From contig JBDRLW010000008.1 of assembly GCA_043812655.1 (NCBI GenBank), positions 3,198 through 67,197 on the forward strand: a stretch of DNA of 64,000 nt, written 5' to 3'. The notes beneath the pieces were generated by a model, which saw only the letters and a list, made by a program, of their open reading frames with translations, had not been told where the DNA came from and did no database searches. This document shows positions 1 through 9,674 of this stretch, piece by piece. Within the stretch, counting starts at the first letter, position 1; each line of letters begins with the position of its first letter. The DNA comes from a bacterium. Lineage in GTDB: Bacteria; Margulisbacteria; WOR-1; O2-12-FULL-45-9; XYB2-FULL-48-7. The position numbers and the translations under genes are program-made.

Positions 1-4
1 TCCG

Positions 5-205
5 GTGATCGACCAAAAGAAATGCACCAAATGTTTAATCTGTTATAACAGCTGTCCGGTAAAAACGATTCATTATGATAAAAAGAAGAAAATCGTGGAA
101 ATCGATCATAAAGATTGCATTAATTGTTTCTGCTGCCACGAACTTTGCGAGTTTCACGCGATCTGGCTAAAGCGGTCTTGGCTGGCTAAATTACTTAATC
201 TGTAA
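5..205 (+). CDS. 2x[4Fe-4S] ferredoxin domain; probably the C-terminal end of a larger protein cut by the window start (the ORF-track start is GTG)
   Basis: Two CxxCxxCxxxC(P) motifs (CTKCLICYNSCP and CINCFCCHELC). The frame is open to window position 2. Confidence 0.4.
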   Translation: MIDQKKCTKCLICYNSCPVKTIHYDKKKKIVEIDHKDCINCFCCHELCEFHAIWLKRSWLAKLLNL

Positions 206-569
206 CAATAGCTTTGTAAGTCCTAACTTCGATCGGCGGAGTATCTTTTTCCCAGCATCTCATATAACTCAATTTTATTGGCGTTTCCCCTTTCCTAATC
301 GCCTGGAAACACCAGCTCTCTTCGCCGCCGGAACCAAGCAGGCCAGGCCTGGCCGGAATATATTTTATCGAAACCAACCTGACCGCGGAATTTTTTGGAA
401 GGTCGGCCAGATGCCAAATATAACCGGTCGTAGGATTTGACTTTAATTTTAAAGTGAAAGGTTTGCCAATTTTAACTTTAACGGTTTTATTGTCCGCCGC
501 GAAGACTAACGAACTACTAATTATTAGCCCAATTACTAACCAGGAAAGATATTTCCTCGTTCCAACCAT
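195..569 (-). CDS. Chagasin-family (MEROPS I42) cysteine-peptidase inhibitor, secreted
   Basis: N-terminal signal peptide and the chagasin NPTTGYIW motif. Size about 120 aa. Confidence 0.6.
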   Translation of the reverse strand: MVGTRKYLSWLVIGLIISSSLVFAADNKTVKVKIGKPFTLKLKSNPTTGYIWHLADLPKNSAVRLVSIKYIPARPGLLGSGGEESWCFQAIRKGETPIKLSYMRCWEKDTPPIEVRTYKAIVTD

Positions 570-638
570 ATTTGGTTGTTAGTATACCAAAGGGATTCAA
601 GATTTACTAGTGTTTTTCTGTTATAATTTGAAGATAAA

Positions 639-1730
639 ATGGCTATCAGTAATGTTGTTTTAGTTGCCAACAGTCCGGGTGAATTATCCGCCCTGGTCCG
701 TCCGGTAGCGGCTGAATTGGCAAAAAACACTCAAATCATCCTGGTCCTCACCCCCTGCCAATACACCAGCGGCCGGGAAGTTGAATTTGCTAAAACCATT
801 CCCGCGATCAGCCGGATCATCACCGCGGCAGAATATAAAAAGTGGGCATTGCTAAACCAAAAACCGAGCGGGATCGCGTTTTCCGGCCAAGGCGTTGTCC
901 TCTTTTTAGGCGGCGATCTAGCTCACGCCATGGTCGTGGCTAAAAAGTTAAAGTATCCCGCCTATGCTTACCTTAACGAAAGGATCGCTTGGAAAGGTTT
1001 TTACACAAAGTTCTTTGTCGCTGATGAAGATGCTTATAAGAGCTTTGCCAAGCAGGTTACTAAAGAAAAGCTACAGATCGTTGGCAACCTAATGGTCGAT
1101 TCAGTCGCTGATCTAAAAAAATGGGCGCCTGAAACAAATGTCGTCACTTTTATGCCCGGCAGCCGCAAATGGGAAATAGATTATATGACCCCATTCTATA
1201 AAGAAGTCATAATGATATTAAGAAAACAACACCCAGGCCTCCAGTTTCAAATCGTTAGCTCTCCTTTCGTTAAAGCTGATCCGATCGAAGGCGTTAAAAC
1301 CATTGGCTTTAAAGACCTCTATAATTCGGAATTAGTTGTTACCATACCAGGGACAAATACCGCCTTGATCGGTGCCAGGGGGATCCCCATGATCGTTGTT
1401 TTCCCACTCAATAAACCGGAAGTGATCCCAATGGAGGGGCTAGCTGGGTTGATCGGCAGCATCCCCTTCTTAGGCAAAGCCTTTAAAGGCCTGGCCGCTA
1501 ACCTTATAAATAAGAAAACCCGCTTTTTTGCCCTCCCCAACCAAAAGGGAAAAAGTGAAATTATTCCCGAAATAAGAGGAAAGATAACTGCGGCGCAGGT
1601 CGCGGCCAGCATCAGTTCACTCTTGAACAATAAGGAAAAAAGACAAACCATGTCAAATGAATTACTTAAAGCGCTGGGACCAGCCGGGGCCGCAAAAAAT
1701 ATCGTGGAGGCGATAAATGCCGGAATATAA
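639..1730 (+). CDS. lpxB: Lipid-A-disaccharide synthase family (GT19, LpxB-like) glycosyltransferase
   Basis: PGSRKWE (the LpxB PGSR motif) and an LpxB-like N-terminal region (VVLVANSPGELSALV). Translationally coupled to downstream msbA. Confidence 0.55.
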   Translation: MAISNVVLVANSPGELSALVRPVAAELAKNTQIILVLTPCQYTSGREVEFAKTIPAISRIITAAEYKKWALLNQKPSGIAFSGQGVVLFLGGDLAHAMVVAKKLKYPAYAYLNERIAWKGFYTKFFVADEDAYKSFAKQVTKEKLQIVGNLMVDSVADLKKWAPETNVVTFMPGSRKWEIDYMTPFYKEVIMILRKQHPGLQFQIVSSPFVKADPIEGVKTIGFKDLYNSELVVTIPGTNTALIGARGIPMIVVFPLNKPEVIPMEGLAGLIGSIPFLGKAFKGLAANLINKKTRFFALPNQKGKSEIIPEIRGKITAAQVAASISSLLNNKEKRQTMSNELLKALGPAGAAKNIVEAINAGI

Positions 1731-3438
1731 ACGGTTGCTTAAATTATTAAAGCCATATCTGCCGCAAATTTTCGCGGCTTCGCTCTGCACCGCGCTAGTA
1801 GCCGGCTTTACTTTGTCGATCGCTCCGCTGGCCGGCCTAGCCTTTAAGGCTATCGGCGATAAAAGTTTTTCTTCGCTTAATCTCGTTGCGGCGGGAATTA
1901 TCGGCATGTATTTTTTAAAGGGCCTTTTTACTTACGGCCAGGATTACCTCTCTTGTTTTGTCGCTAATCGGGTGATCATTGATCTTAGGGTCAAGCTCTA
2001 TAACCATCTGCAAAAACTATCTATTGATTTTTACAGCAACTGGCCTTCGGGCGAGATCATCTCCCGGATGATGAATGATGTTGCTGTCTTGCAAATAACT
2101 ATTCTGACCGGCTTTACAGCCATCATTCCGCAAACTGTTTTACTGATCGGTTTGATCGTTTATATTTTTGTCCTTAATTGGCGGCTCTCGCTTCTAACGC
2201 TGATCGCCCTCCCCCTCATCGTCCAGGTCATTAGGCTCTTTGCCGGGGAGCTTCGCCATATCAGCGAACACGTCCAACAAAAAACCGCTGATATCACTTC
2301 CCATGTGGCAGAAACCGTCAGCCAGATCAGGACAGTTAAAGCTTTTACCATGGAAAAAGAAGAGATCGGCAAGTTTGAAGGCGAAAATAAAAAAGCCTTT
2401 GGGATCACCATGCGGGCAGCGCAGATCCTCTCGACCCAAAACCCGGTCATCGCCTTCCTGCAAGCCATCGCCGCGGTCGGCATCGTCTGGTATGGCGGGA
2501 TGGAGATCATTAATGGGGCTTTAACCCTGCCCCAACTGATCTCTTTTGCCACTGCTCTTGGCATAATGACCGATCCCGGCAGTGTCTTAAGTAAATCATT
2601 TACGGTGATCGCCCAGGGTATGGCCTCAGCCAAAAGGATCTATGAGATCCTTGATACCCAGCCAACGATCACTGATAAAAAAGACGCTGTAATCCTCCCG
2701 CGGATCTCCGGCCAGGTTGAATTCAAAAACATCTCTTTCGCCTATGAAAAAGAAGCGGTCATCTCCGGGATTAACCTTACGGTCAAACCTGGTGAATCGA
2801 TCGCCCTGGTCGGTCGGACAGGCGCCGGAAAAAGCACGCTCGCTAATTTGGTCCCCCGCTTCTATGATCCGACCAAGGGAGAAGTTATTATTGATGGTTA
2901 TGACATTAAAAACGTCACTATTGGATCCTTGCGGCAACAAATCGCTGTTGTCCCGCAAGATGTTGCCCTCTTCCAAGGGACGATAAAAGAAAATATCGCT
3001 TACGGCAAACCAAGCGCCGGTAATGAAGAGATAGCCGAAGCGGCTAAGCTGGCCAACGCTCATGCTTTTATTTGCTCCCTGCCAAACGGCTATGAGACTG
3101 AAGTCGGCGAACGGGGGAATAAACTTTCCGGCGGCGAAAGGCAAAGGATCGCGATCGCCCGGGCGATCTTGCGCGACCCCAGGATACTAATTCTGGATGA
3201 GGCGACCTCTTCGCTCGATGCTGAAACTGAATCACTGATCAGAGAAGCCCTGGATAAGCTAATGAGAGGACGGACTTCTTTTATCATTGCCCACCGCCTT
3301 TACACCATTGAGAAGGTTGATCGAGTGGTCGTGATCGATAACGGCAAGATCGCGCAGATCGGCTCGCACAGCGAACTTGTGGGCCAAGGCGGCATTTACC
3401 GGTCTCTTTACGAGAAGCAATTACAAAATAAAACATGA
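1717..3438 (+). CDS. msbA: Lipid A / lipid export ABC transporter MsbA (permease-ATPase fusion)
   Basis: Six-TM N-terminal half, Walker A GRTGAGKST, ABC signature LSGGERQR, Walker B ILILDEATS. Adjacent to lpxB-like and lpxL-like genes. Confidence 0.8.
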   Translation: MPEYKRLLKLLKPYLPQIFAASLCTALVAGFTLSIAPLAGLAFKAIGDKSFSSLNLVAAGIIGMYFLKGLFTYGQDYLSCFVANRVIIDLRVKLYNHLQKLSIDFYSNWPSGEIISRMMNDVAVLQITILTGFTAIIPQTVLLIGLIVYIFVLNWRLSLLTLIALPLIVQVIRLFAGELRHISEHVQQKTADITSHVAETVSQIRTVKAFTMEKEEIGKFEGENKKAFGITMRAAQILSTQNPVIAFLQAIAAVGIVWYGGMEIINGALTLPQLISFATALGIMTDPGSVLSKSFTVIAQGMASAKRIYEILDTQPTITDKKDAVILPRISGQVEFKNISFAYEKEAVISGINLTVKPGESIALVGRTGAGKSTLANLVPRFYDPTKGEVIIDGYDIKNVTIGSLRQQIAVVPQDVALFQGTIKENIAYGKPSAGNEEIAEAAKLANAHAFICSLPNGYETEVGERGNKLSGGERQRIAIARAILRDPRILILDEATSSLDAETESLIREALDKLMRGRTSFIIAHRLYTIEKVDRVVVIDNGKIAQIGSHSELVGQGGIYRSLYEKQLQNKT

Positions 3439-4310
3439 TCTTCTTTTTATATTTCCTGCAATTTCTTTTTCGGTTGATTTTCTTACTGCCGCCAAAACTG
3501 GCTATTATTCTCATGAACCTAGCGGGCGAGGCCACTTATCAGATCGCTTGCCGGACCCCGATCAGAAAAACAGTTGCTAATAATTTTTCTTTGGTTTTCC
3601 CCAATATTAAGATAACCAATACAGATGTCTTGGCAAAAAAGACACTTCACAACATCGCCTACTCTATTTTTGAGCTCCTGTGCATGCCATTCTTAACCCC
3701 CTATCATGTTTCCCTCATCAGCCAAATAATTGGCCGGGAAAATATTGAGGCCGGATTAAAACACGGCAAAGGGGTTTTACTGCTCATGATGCATACCGGT
3801 AATTATGAGATCACTCCGGTCATTTTAACTTCGCAGGGATACAAGATTAACTCAATTTTAAAAGCCACCAATGACCCGATGTTCAAATTCCTTAACAAAA
3901 CTCGTGGCCATAAGGGGGCAAAGATAATTAATGTCCTGGAATCAAATATGTACAGCGAAGCCTTAAAAGTTCTAAAGCAAAATGAGATCGTCGGCTTGCT
4001 GATCGATACCGGCGCCCTTGAAGGCAGACATGAAATGCTCCCCTTTCTCGGAAGAAAAGTCCCAGTGGCGACCGGCTGGCTGACTTTAGCCGAAAGGTCT
4101 AAAGCCGCGGTTATTCCCGGCTACTCAAAACGCGAGGGAGAGAAACTTATCTATTATTTCAGCGAACCGCTCCAGGTCTCTCGTGATAACCGGGAAGCAA
4201 CGATCGAAAAAGTCCGCCAATTCTACGAAGAGCTTATCAAAAACAATCCTGAACAATGGGCGATCTTCTTGAATGAATATGAAGTCAAAAGGATGGTGGC
4301 AGGGAAATGA
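3435..4310 (+). CDS. Lipid A biosynthesis late acyltransferase (LpxL/LpxM-like LPLAT family)
   Basis: HTGNYE (HX4D/E acyltransferase motif) and an N-terminal TM helix. ATGA overlap with the msbA stop. Confidence 0.65.
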   Translation: MIFFLYFLQFLFRLIFLLPPKLAIILMNLAGEATYQIACRTPIRKTVANNFSLVFPNIKITNTDVLAKKTLHNIAYSIFELLCMPFLTPYHVSLISQIIGRENIEAGLKHGKGVLLLMMHTGNYEITPVILTSQGYKINSILKATNDPMFKFLNKTRGHKGAKIINVLESNMYSEALKVLKQNEIVGLLIDTGALEGRHEMLPFLGRKVPVATGWLTLAERSKAAVIPGYSKREGEKLIYYFSEPLQVSRDNREATIEKVRQFYEELIKNNPEQWAIFLNEYEVKRMVAGK

Positions 4311-5965
4311 ACCGTAAAAACATCTTAATATTAATCGCTATGGCAGTTTGTTTATACTTTTTCAAACTCGGCAGTTTCTCATTGTACGACGCGGCGGAGA
4401 CGACTTACGGCGAATTCGTTAAAAACATGCTGGGGATGAAAGATTGGCTGACATTCCATTACAACGGACAGATAATCTTTGATAAGCCCCCGCTCTATTA
4501 TTGGTTCGCGGTCATCTTTTCTAAGTTGATCGGGTTCAATGAATGGGCCATGCGCCTCCCTGCTGCTATCTCCGGGCTCCTAACCGTAATCGTCACCTAT
4601 CTCCTCGGAAAAACATTTTACAATAAACAGGTTGGATTCCTTTCCGGCATAATTGTGATGACCGCTTTCCAATTTCTCGTCCAATCGCGGATCGCGGAAT
4701 TAGATGTTGTCCTCACCCTCCTTATGACGTCGGCAATTCTCTGTTTCTACTTGGGTTACACCAGCGGGGAGAAAAAATATTATACGTTAAGCTATGTCCC
4801 TATGGCCCTAGCCGTTTTGATCAAAGGGATCCTTGGCGTTGCCCTCCCCGGCTGCGCGATCTTTCTTTTTCTGTTGATCAAAGGAGAATTAAAGATCCTA
4901 AAAGAGATGCGGATCCTCTCTGGGATCGTAATCATCACCTTGATCGGCCTCCCCTGGTACCTGGCAGAATATCTCATTCATGGTCAAGTTTTTCTTGATT
5001 TTGCCTTGGGTTTTCTTTTCCTTTCCCGGTTCCAAGGCGCGGTTTGCGGCCATACCGGCCCTTGGTATTATTATTTCCTCGCTTTAATTTTAGGTTTTGC
5101 TCCCTGGTCGCAATTCATTCCGTTCGCTTTCTGGCGAGCATATAAAGAAGTTTCTTCTCCCAACTCCCAACTCCGAACTCCAATGCTTCTTTCCCTTTGC
5201 TTTGTTATCCCCGCCTTTATCGTCTTTTCGGTCGCTAAAACCAAGATACCTAACTACATCCTCCCCCTTTATCCTTTTCTGGCCATCATGGTGGGGAAGT
5301 TGTGGGCTGAAGTTTTATCGGAGCCTGAGAATAAATTCTCGGCTCCTCAAGAAAGCAAAACAAGAATTAATTCTCGTTTTGATAAAAATGGAACCGCGAA
5401 TTTATTCGCAGGTTCCTACGGAATAACATTATCCAACATCCTTTTTGCCGTTGTCATCGCCCTAATTTTCATTGGTTGTATCATGATCGCTAATTCCAAT
5501 TATCCAACACAATATATATCCCTACTCCCTAGCCTCTACACCCTAGCGGCTATCTTAGTCCTTGGCGGCGTGATCTCAATTACCGCTTATTTTCTAAAGA
5601 AATATACTCTTTCTTTTGCCGCTATCCCAACAATGGTTTTTATCATCACTTTGATCTTGACTGTCTGGGCCCTGCCCGAAGTTGAAAACTTTAAGGGAGC
5701 TAAAGAACTGGGAAAAGAATTAAATATTGTTATTAAACCAAATCAAATTATCGCCGCTTACAATGTCGGCAATCGCCCGAGTGTTGTTCTTCACAGCCCA
5801 AAGCCAGTTAAGTTCTTGGAGACCGAAAAGGAATTATCCGTTTATATTAATCATAAAAAAGGTTACGTGTTTACATTGGTTGAAGAATATGAAAAAATGA
5901 AGGAAAGATTGCCAGCCAGGACCAAGGTTTTGGCTAAAAAAGGCGACCTTTTAATATTATATTAA
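4307..5965 (+). CDS. GT83/PMT_2 family membrane glycosyltransferase (ArnT-like), paralog 1
   Basis: Polytopic membrane protein with N-terminal YDAAETTYGEFV...DKPPLYYWF, as in ArnT / dolichyl-phosphate-mannose transferases. Carries two in-frame repeat inserts (5159-5188 and 5321-5418). Confidence 0.7.
   Translation: MNRKNILILIAMAVCLYFFKLGSFSLYDAAETTYGEFVKNMLGMKDWLTFHYNGQIIFDKPPLYYWFAVIFSKLIGFNEWAMRLPAAISGLLTVIVTYLLGKTFYNKQVGFLSGIIVMTAFQFLVQSRIAELDVVLTLLMTSAILCFYLGYTSGEKKYYTLSYVPMALAVLIKGILGVALPGCAIFLFLLIKGELKILKEMRILSGIVIITLIGLPWYLAEYLIHGQVFLDFALGFLFLSRFQGAVCGHTGPWYYYFLALILGFAPWSQFIPFAFWRAYKEVSSPNSQLRTPMLLSLCFVIPAFIVFSVAKTKIPNYILPLYPFLAIMVGKLWAEVLSEPENKFSAPQESKTRINSRFDKNGTANLFAGSYGITLSNILFAVVIALIFIGCIMIANSNYPTQYISLLPSLYTLAAILVLGGVISITAYFLKKYTLSFAAIPTMVFIITLILTVWALPEVENFKGAKELGKELNIVIKPNQIIAAYNVGNRPSVVLHSPKPVKFLETEKELSVYINHKKGYVFTLVEEYEKMKERLPARTKVLAKKGDLLILY
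5159..5188. repeat. R3 repeat (tcttctcccaactcc-naactcc-naactcc) in frame in GT83 paralog 1
   Basis: Encodes SSPNSQLRTP. Confidence 0.7.
5321..5418. repeat. R5 double-hairpin repeat in frame in GT83 paralog 1
   Basis: GGAGCCtGAGAATaaaTTCTCGGCTCC...GGAACCGCGAATttaTTCGCAGGTTCC encodes SEPENKFSAPQESKTRINSRFDKNGTANLFAGS. Confidence 0.7.
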
Positions 5966-5966
5966 T

Positions 5967-6683
5967 ATGAATAAATTAGATTTATCAGTTTCTATTCCGA
6001 CCTACAACGAAGCCAAGAACATTGAAACGATGATCATTCGTGTCCATGATGCTTTGCGCGCCCACGGGATAAATGAAGAGATCATTATTGTTGACGACAG
6101 CTCGCCCGATGGGACTGCAGCACTGGCCGAAAAAATGTCCAAAGATTATCCGGTTAGAGTTTATGTTAGGACCAAACGCGAAGGCCCCGGTCCCGCCATT
6201 ATGGATGGGATCAGACTGGCGCAAGCTCCGGTTTCCTGCACCATGGATGGAGACCTAAGCCACCCCCCCGAAGCGCTCCCTGAAATGTATAAGCTGATCA
6301 AATCAGGCCAAGCGCCCCTCGTTATCGGTAGCCGCCATGTTAAGGGAGGCGGCACTTCCAAGTGGATCTGGTATCGCAAATTTTTCTCCTGGGGAGCCCG
6401 GCAATTAGGTCGGCTGCTGACCCCGGTTCACGATTTAACCTCTGGATTTTTCATGTTCGACAAAAAGATCTTGCAAGGAGCAACGATCGATCCTATCGGT
6501 TGCAAAGTTGGACTTGAATTGATGGTCAAAGGGAAACACAAGGGCAAAGTCATCGAATATCCAATTATCTTCTCCGAACGGGCGGCCGGTGAAAGTAAAA
6601 TGGGTTGGCGTGAAACCAAACACTATCTTTACCATCTTGGCTCTCTCCTGCTTTGGAAAACGGCTAACATTTTCAAAAGATGA
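5967..6683 (+). CDS. GT2 polyprenyl-phosphate sugar transferase (ArnC/DPM1-like)
   Basis: GT-A fold, DxD (VDDSSPDG), about 238 aa. Classic partner that makes the lipid-linked donor for GT83 enzymes. Confidence 0.7.
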   Translation: MNKLDLSVSIPTYNEAKNIETMIIRVHDALRAHGINEEIIIVDDSSPDGTAALAEKMSKDYPVRVYVRTKREGPGPAIMDGIRLAQAPVSCTMDGDLSHPPEALPEMYKLIKSGQAPLVIGSRHVKGGGTSKWIWYRKFFSWGARQLGRLLTPVHDLTSGFFMFDKKILQGATIDPIGCKVGLELMVKGKHKGKVIEYPIIFSERAAGESKMGWRETKHYLYHLGSLLLWKTANIFKR

Positions 6684-8689
6684 TCGATCTTTCGGTTATT
6701 ATCGTCAATTATAATGGCGAGAAATATTTAAAGGACTGCCTCTCCTCGATCTATCAAAGTACCAAGAATATTAATTTCGAGATAATCTTTGTTGATAACC
6801 ACTCAGCCGATAATTCTGTCGACATTATTAAAACAAATTTCCCTAAAGTCATTATTATTGAAAACAAGAATAATCACGGGTTTTGCCGAGCTAATAACCA
6901 GGGTCTGAAGATATATCAAGGAAGATATGCCCTACTATTAAATAACGATACGATCGTAAAAGATGGCGCGCTAGACCAGCTGGTGCAGTTTATGGATAAC
7001 AATCCTGGCGCTGGGGCTTGCGGCCCCCTCCTCTCTAATCCCGATGGTTCACCACAACATCAAGGCGGAATATTTAATAAGAAGTTCTGGTTATCCTCTT
7101 CTCCAACTAAAGTCTCTTATGTCATCGGAGCGGCGCTAATGGTTAGGCGGGAAGTGGTTGATAAGGTCGGCGGGATGGACGAGAATTTCTTTTTTTCTAA
7201 TGATGACCTTGATTGGTGTTTGCGGATCAAAAAGGCCAGTCACGACGGGCAAGCCGGTTGGGATATTTATTTTGTTCCCCAGGCAAAAATAATGCATTAT
7301 GGCGGTTTTACGATCAATAAATTCAATCAAAAGTTATTTGTCGAAGGTTTCAGAGGCGGCCTCTATTTCTGCCGCAAACATTACGGCTTTTTAGCCTACC
7401 AATTGTATCGATCATTGCTGATCATAGGGATGATAATCGCTATTCCCCTTACTTTGATACTTTATCCATTTTTAAAACATAAAAAGAAATTAAATGCCTT
7501 TATTGAAATTTTGATGATTACCTTACAGCCCTCACCCCTGTCCCCTCTCCCAAAGGGAGAGGGGTGGAAAAACATTTTGTTAGTGAGCAACGGCCACGCG
7601 GAAGATCTAGCCGCTGCGGCAATTGGGGGAACACTGCAAACAGCAAGTCCAGATCTTTCTATTAGAGCCCTTCCTTTAGTCGGACTAGGGCAAGCCTATG
7701 ATAAAAAAGGAATAATAAATCTTGGCCTAAAGAAAATCTTACCCAGCGGTGGTTTTGCCAAAGAAGGGATATTCCATTTTTTAAATGATCTCCGCTCTGG
7801 CTTTTTTAGCCTCTTTCATCAACAGATCAAGATCCTGAGGCAAGAAGCTAAAAAAACTGATCTAGTCGTCGCTGTCGGAGACGTCTGGGTGGTGGCTTTA
7901 TGCGGCCTATTTGTTAAAAAACCTTTGATCTTCATCGATGGTCCAAAGTCAGTCAAGATCGAAGGTTATTATAAATTAGAACTTTGGCTGCTAAAGAAAT
8001 TCTGCCAAAAAGTTATCGTCCAAGACCCCGAAACAGCTGACTACTTACAGAAAAAAGGGATCCCCGCTTTTTATCTTGGTAGCTGGGTAATGGATTATGT
8101 CCCCGTCACTGGCGATAACCTTGGAATTGATCCGGGCAAAACAGTGATCGGGATTCTTCCGGGAACGCGTGAGGAAGCCTATCCTAACTTAAAATTGATC
8201 CTCGAAGTCTTTGAACTCTTGTCTCAATCTGACAAGAACCTGGTCGGAACGATTGCCTCTGTCTTAAATAAAGATAAAATTAAAATCCCTGGTTGGCAAT
8301 TAGAAGATAATAAACTAACTTCGAATTCTGGCGCTACGGCTTATCTTATCGAAGGCAAATTCGGCGATGTCTGTGTCCGCTCAAAACTTATCATCGGCTT
8401 GGCCGGGATCGCCAACGAACAAGCCGTCGCTTTTGGCAAACCAGTCGTCTGCTTCCCTGGTAGCGGAGCCCAAACGACTCTCCGCCGCTGGCAAGAAATC
8501 CACAAGATAACCAGCGATTCGATGCTGATTGTGCAAGGAAATACTGTAGAAAAAGCGGCCAAGATAATGAGATTATTGAAGGATGAAAAACGATTAGCAG
8601 TGATGGGAAAGATCGGAAAAGAGAGTAAACCAATGTGGGGCGGAGTTGAGAGGATCGCTAACCTGGTCAAAACTACTATCTCAAATTAA
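6680..8689 (+). CDS. Fused GT2 glycosyltransferase (N-terminal) plus GT19 LpxB-like domain (C-terminal); a repeat element lies at the junction
   Basis: N-terminal 250 aa are GT2-like (IIVNYNGEKYL, DNHSAD). C-terminal 380 aa are LpxB-like (LLVSNGHAEDLAAAAIGG, PGTREE). The R1 repeat at 7528-7568 encodes the linker QPSPLSPLPKGEGW. Confidence 0.55.
   Translation: MIDLSVIIVNYNGEKYLKDCLSSIYQSTKNINFEIIFVDNHSADNSVDIIKTNFPKVIIIENKNNHGFCRANNQGLKIYQGRYALLLNNDTIVKDGALDQLVQFMDNNPGAGACGPLLSNPDGSPQHQGGIFNKKFWLSSSPTKVSYVIGAALMVRREVVDKVGGMDENFFFSNDDLDWCLRIKKASHDGQAGWDIYFVPQAKIMHYGGFTINKFNQKLFVEGFRGGLYFCRKHYGFLAYQLYRSLLIIGMIIAIPLTLILYPFLKHKKKLNAFIEILMITLQPSPLSPLPKGEGWKNILLVSNGHAEDLAAAAIGGTLQTASPDLSIRALPLVGLGQAYDKKGIINLGLKKILPSGGFAKEGIFHFLNDLRSGFFSLFHQQIKILRQEAKKTDLVVAVGDVWVVALCGLFVKKPLIFIDGPKSVKIEGYYKLELWLLKKFCQKVIVQDPETADYLQKKGIPAFYLGSWVMDYVPVTGDNLGIDPGKTVIGILPGTREEAYPNLKLILEVFELLSQSDKNLVGTIASVLNKDKIKIPGWQLEDNKLTSNSGATAYLIEGKFGDVCVRSKLIIGLAGIANEQAVAFGKPVVCFPGSGAQTTLRRWQEIHKITSDSMLIVQGNTVEKAAKIMRLLKDEKRLAVMGKIGKESKPMWGGVERIANLVKTTISN
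7528..7568. repeat. R1 G-rich palindromic element copy (gccctcacccc...CCCTCTCCCaaaGGGAGAGGG) inside a CDS, in frame
   Basis: Seen directly. Shares box and hairpin motifs with eight other copies. Confidence 0.8.
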
Positions 8690-9658
8690 GCTTGCATAAA
8701 CCTCATCCACCGTTAAAAGATCCATGCAATTCGGCTTGATCTCACAGCTTTTCTGATAACAGACAGTACAGTCTATCTTTGGCATCAGTTTTTTCCCTAA
8801 GCCATATAACTCGATCTCCGCCGCCGATGTCGGGCCAAAAAAGACCACCATTTTTTTCTTTAAGGCGATCGCAAAATGCATCGCTAAACTATCGCTAGAA
8901 AGGATAGTCGAACATTGGTTGATAACTGAAGCAAAACCGCGAAGTGAATGGACTCCCGCATCAGTCATCCCGGTCGCTTTGGCTATTTCTTGGTTTCGTT
9001 CCCTTTCATCCTGCCCGCCAAGAATTATCGAATTTATCCCTTGCTCTTTTTTCAACCGGTTGACTAAATCGATCGTTTGCTTGGTCCCCCAGCTTTTCTG
9101 CGGCCAGCGCTTCCCTGCCCCAGTATTGATCCCATAAACATTTTTATCTCCAGCTAACCCTAATTTCTCAACGACTTTCTTGCCGTATTCAATTTCTTCT
9201 GCAGTTAAAGAAAAAACATAAGGAGAAACTTTTATCCCTAAAAGATCGGCCATATGTTGCTGATAGGTTTTCTGATTGATTCTTTTTAGCTTATTAGCTT
9301 TTTCTAAACCATATTGAGAGATGATCGACATATCAAACCAGCCCGAAGGAGTGTATGTAACCTTACCATCATCATAATAAGCGCCAATGATCTTTTTGGC
9401 TTTTAGGCTGGAGACAAATTGACAAACCTCCTGGCCGTCTTCGAGCCCAATAATAAGATCATAATCACCTAATTTAGATCGATCCTCCCAAGCACAAGCA
9501 TTATTCAGATGCGAATTGCCAGATAACAATTCTGTCGAGATCGTGGAGGTTAGCCAGTCTATTTGAGCCTCGGGATATTTTTCTTTTAGGCCGGATAAAA
9601 GTGAAGTGGTCCGCAAAACATCACCAATCGCCCCTAATTTAACAATAAGGATTTTCAT
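8681..9658 (-). CDS. ADP-heptose:LPS heptosyltransferase (GT9, WaaC/WaaF-like)
   Basis: MKILIVKLGAIGDVLRTT N-terminus typical of GT9 heptosyltransferases; about 325 aa. Confidence 0.7.
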   Translation of the reverse strand: MKILIVKLGAIGDVLRTTSLLSGLKEKYPEAQIDWLTSTISTELLSGNSHLNNACAWEDRSKLGDYDLIIGLEDGQEVCQFVSSLKAKKIIGAYYDDGKVTYTPSGWFDMSIISQYGLEKANKLKRINQKTYQQHMADLLGIKVSPYVFSLTAEEIEYGKKVVEKLGLAGDKNVYGINTGAGKRWPQKSWGTKQTIDLVNRLKKEQGINSIILGGQDERERNQEIAKATGMTDAGVHSLRGFASVINQCSTILSSDSLAMHFAIALKKKMVVFFGPTSAAEIELYGLGKKLMPKIDCTVCYQKSCEIKPNCMDLLTVDEVYASLI

Positions 9659-9674
9659 ATGTTATAATTTTATC

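Noticed and set aside
6680-8689. Could the GT2-GT19 ORF be a sequencing frameshift artefact joining two genes?
   Set aside because: No frameshift is needed. A single open frame runs through and the junction coincides with a repeat element. It cannot be resolved from sequence alone, so it is reported as a fusion or candidate two-gene locus rather than a pseudogene.
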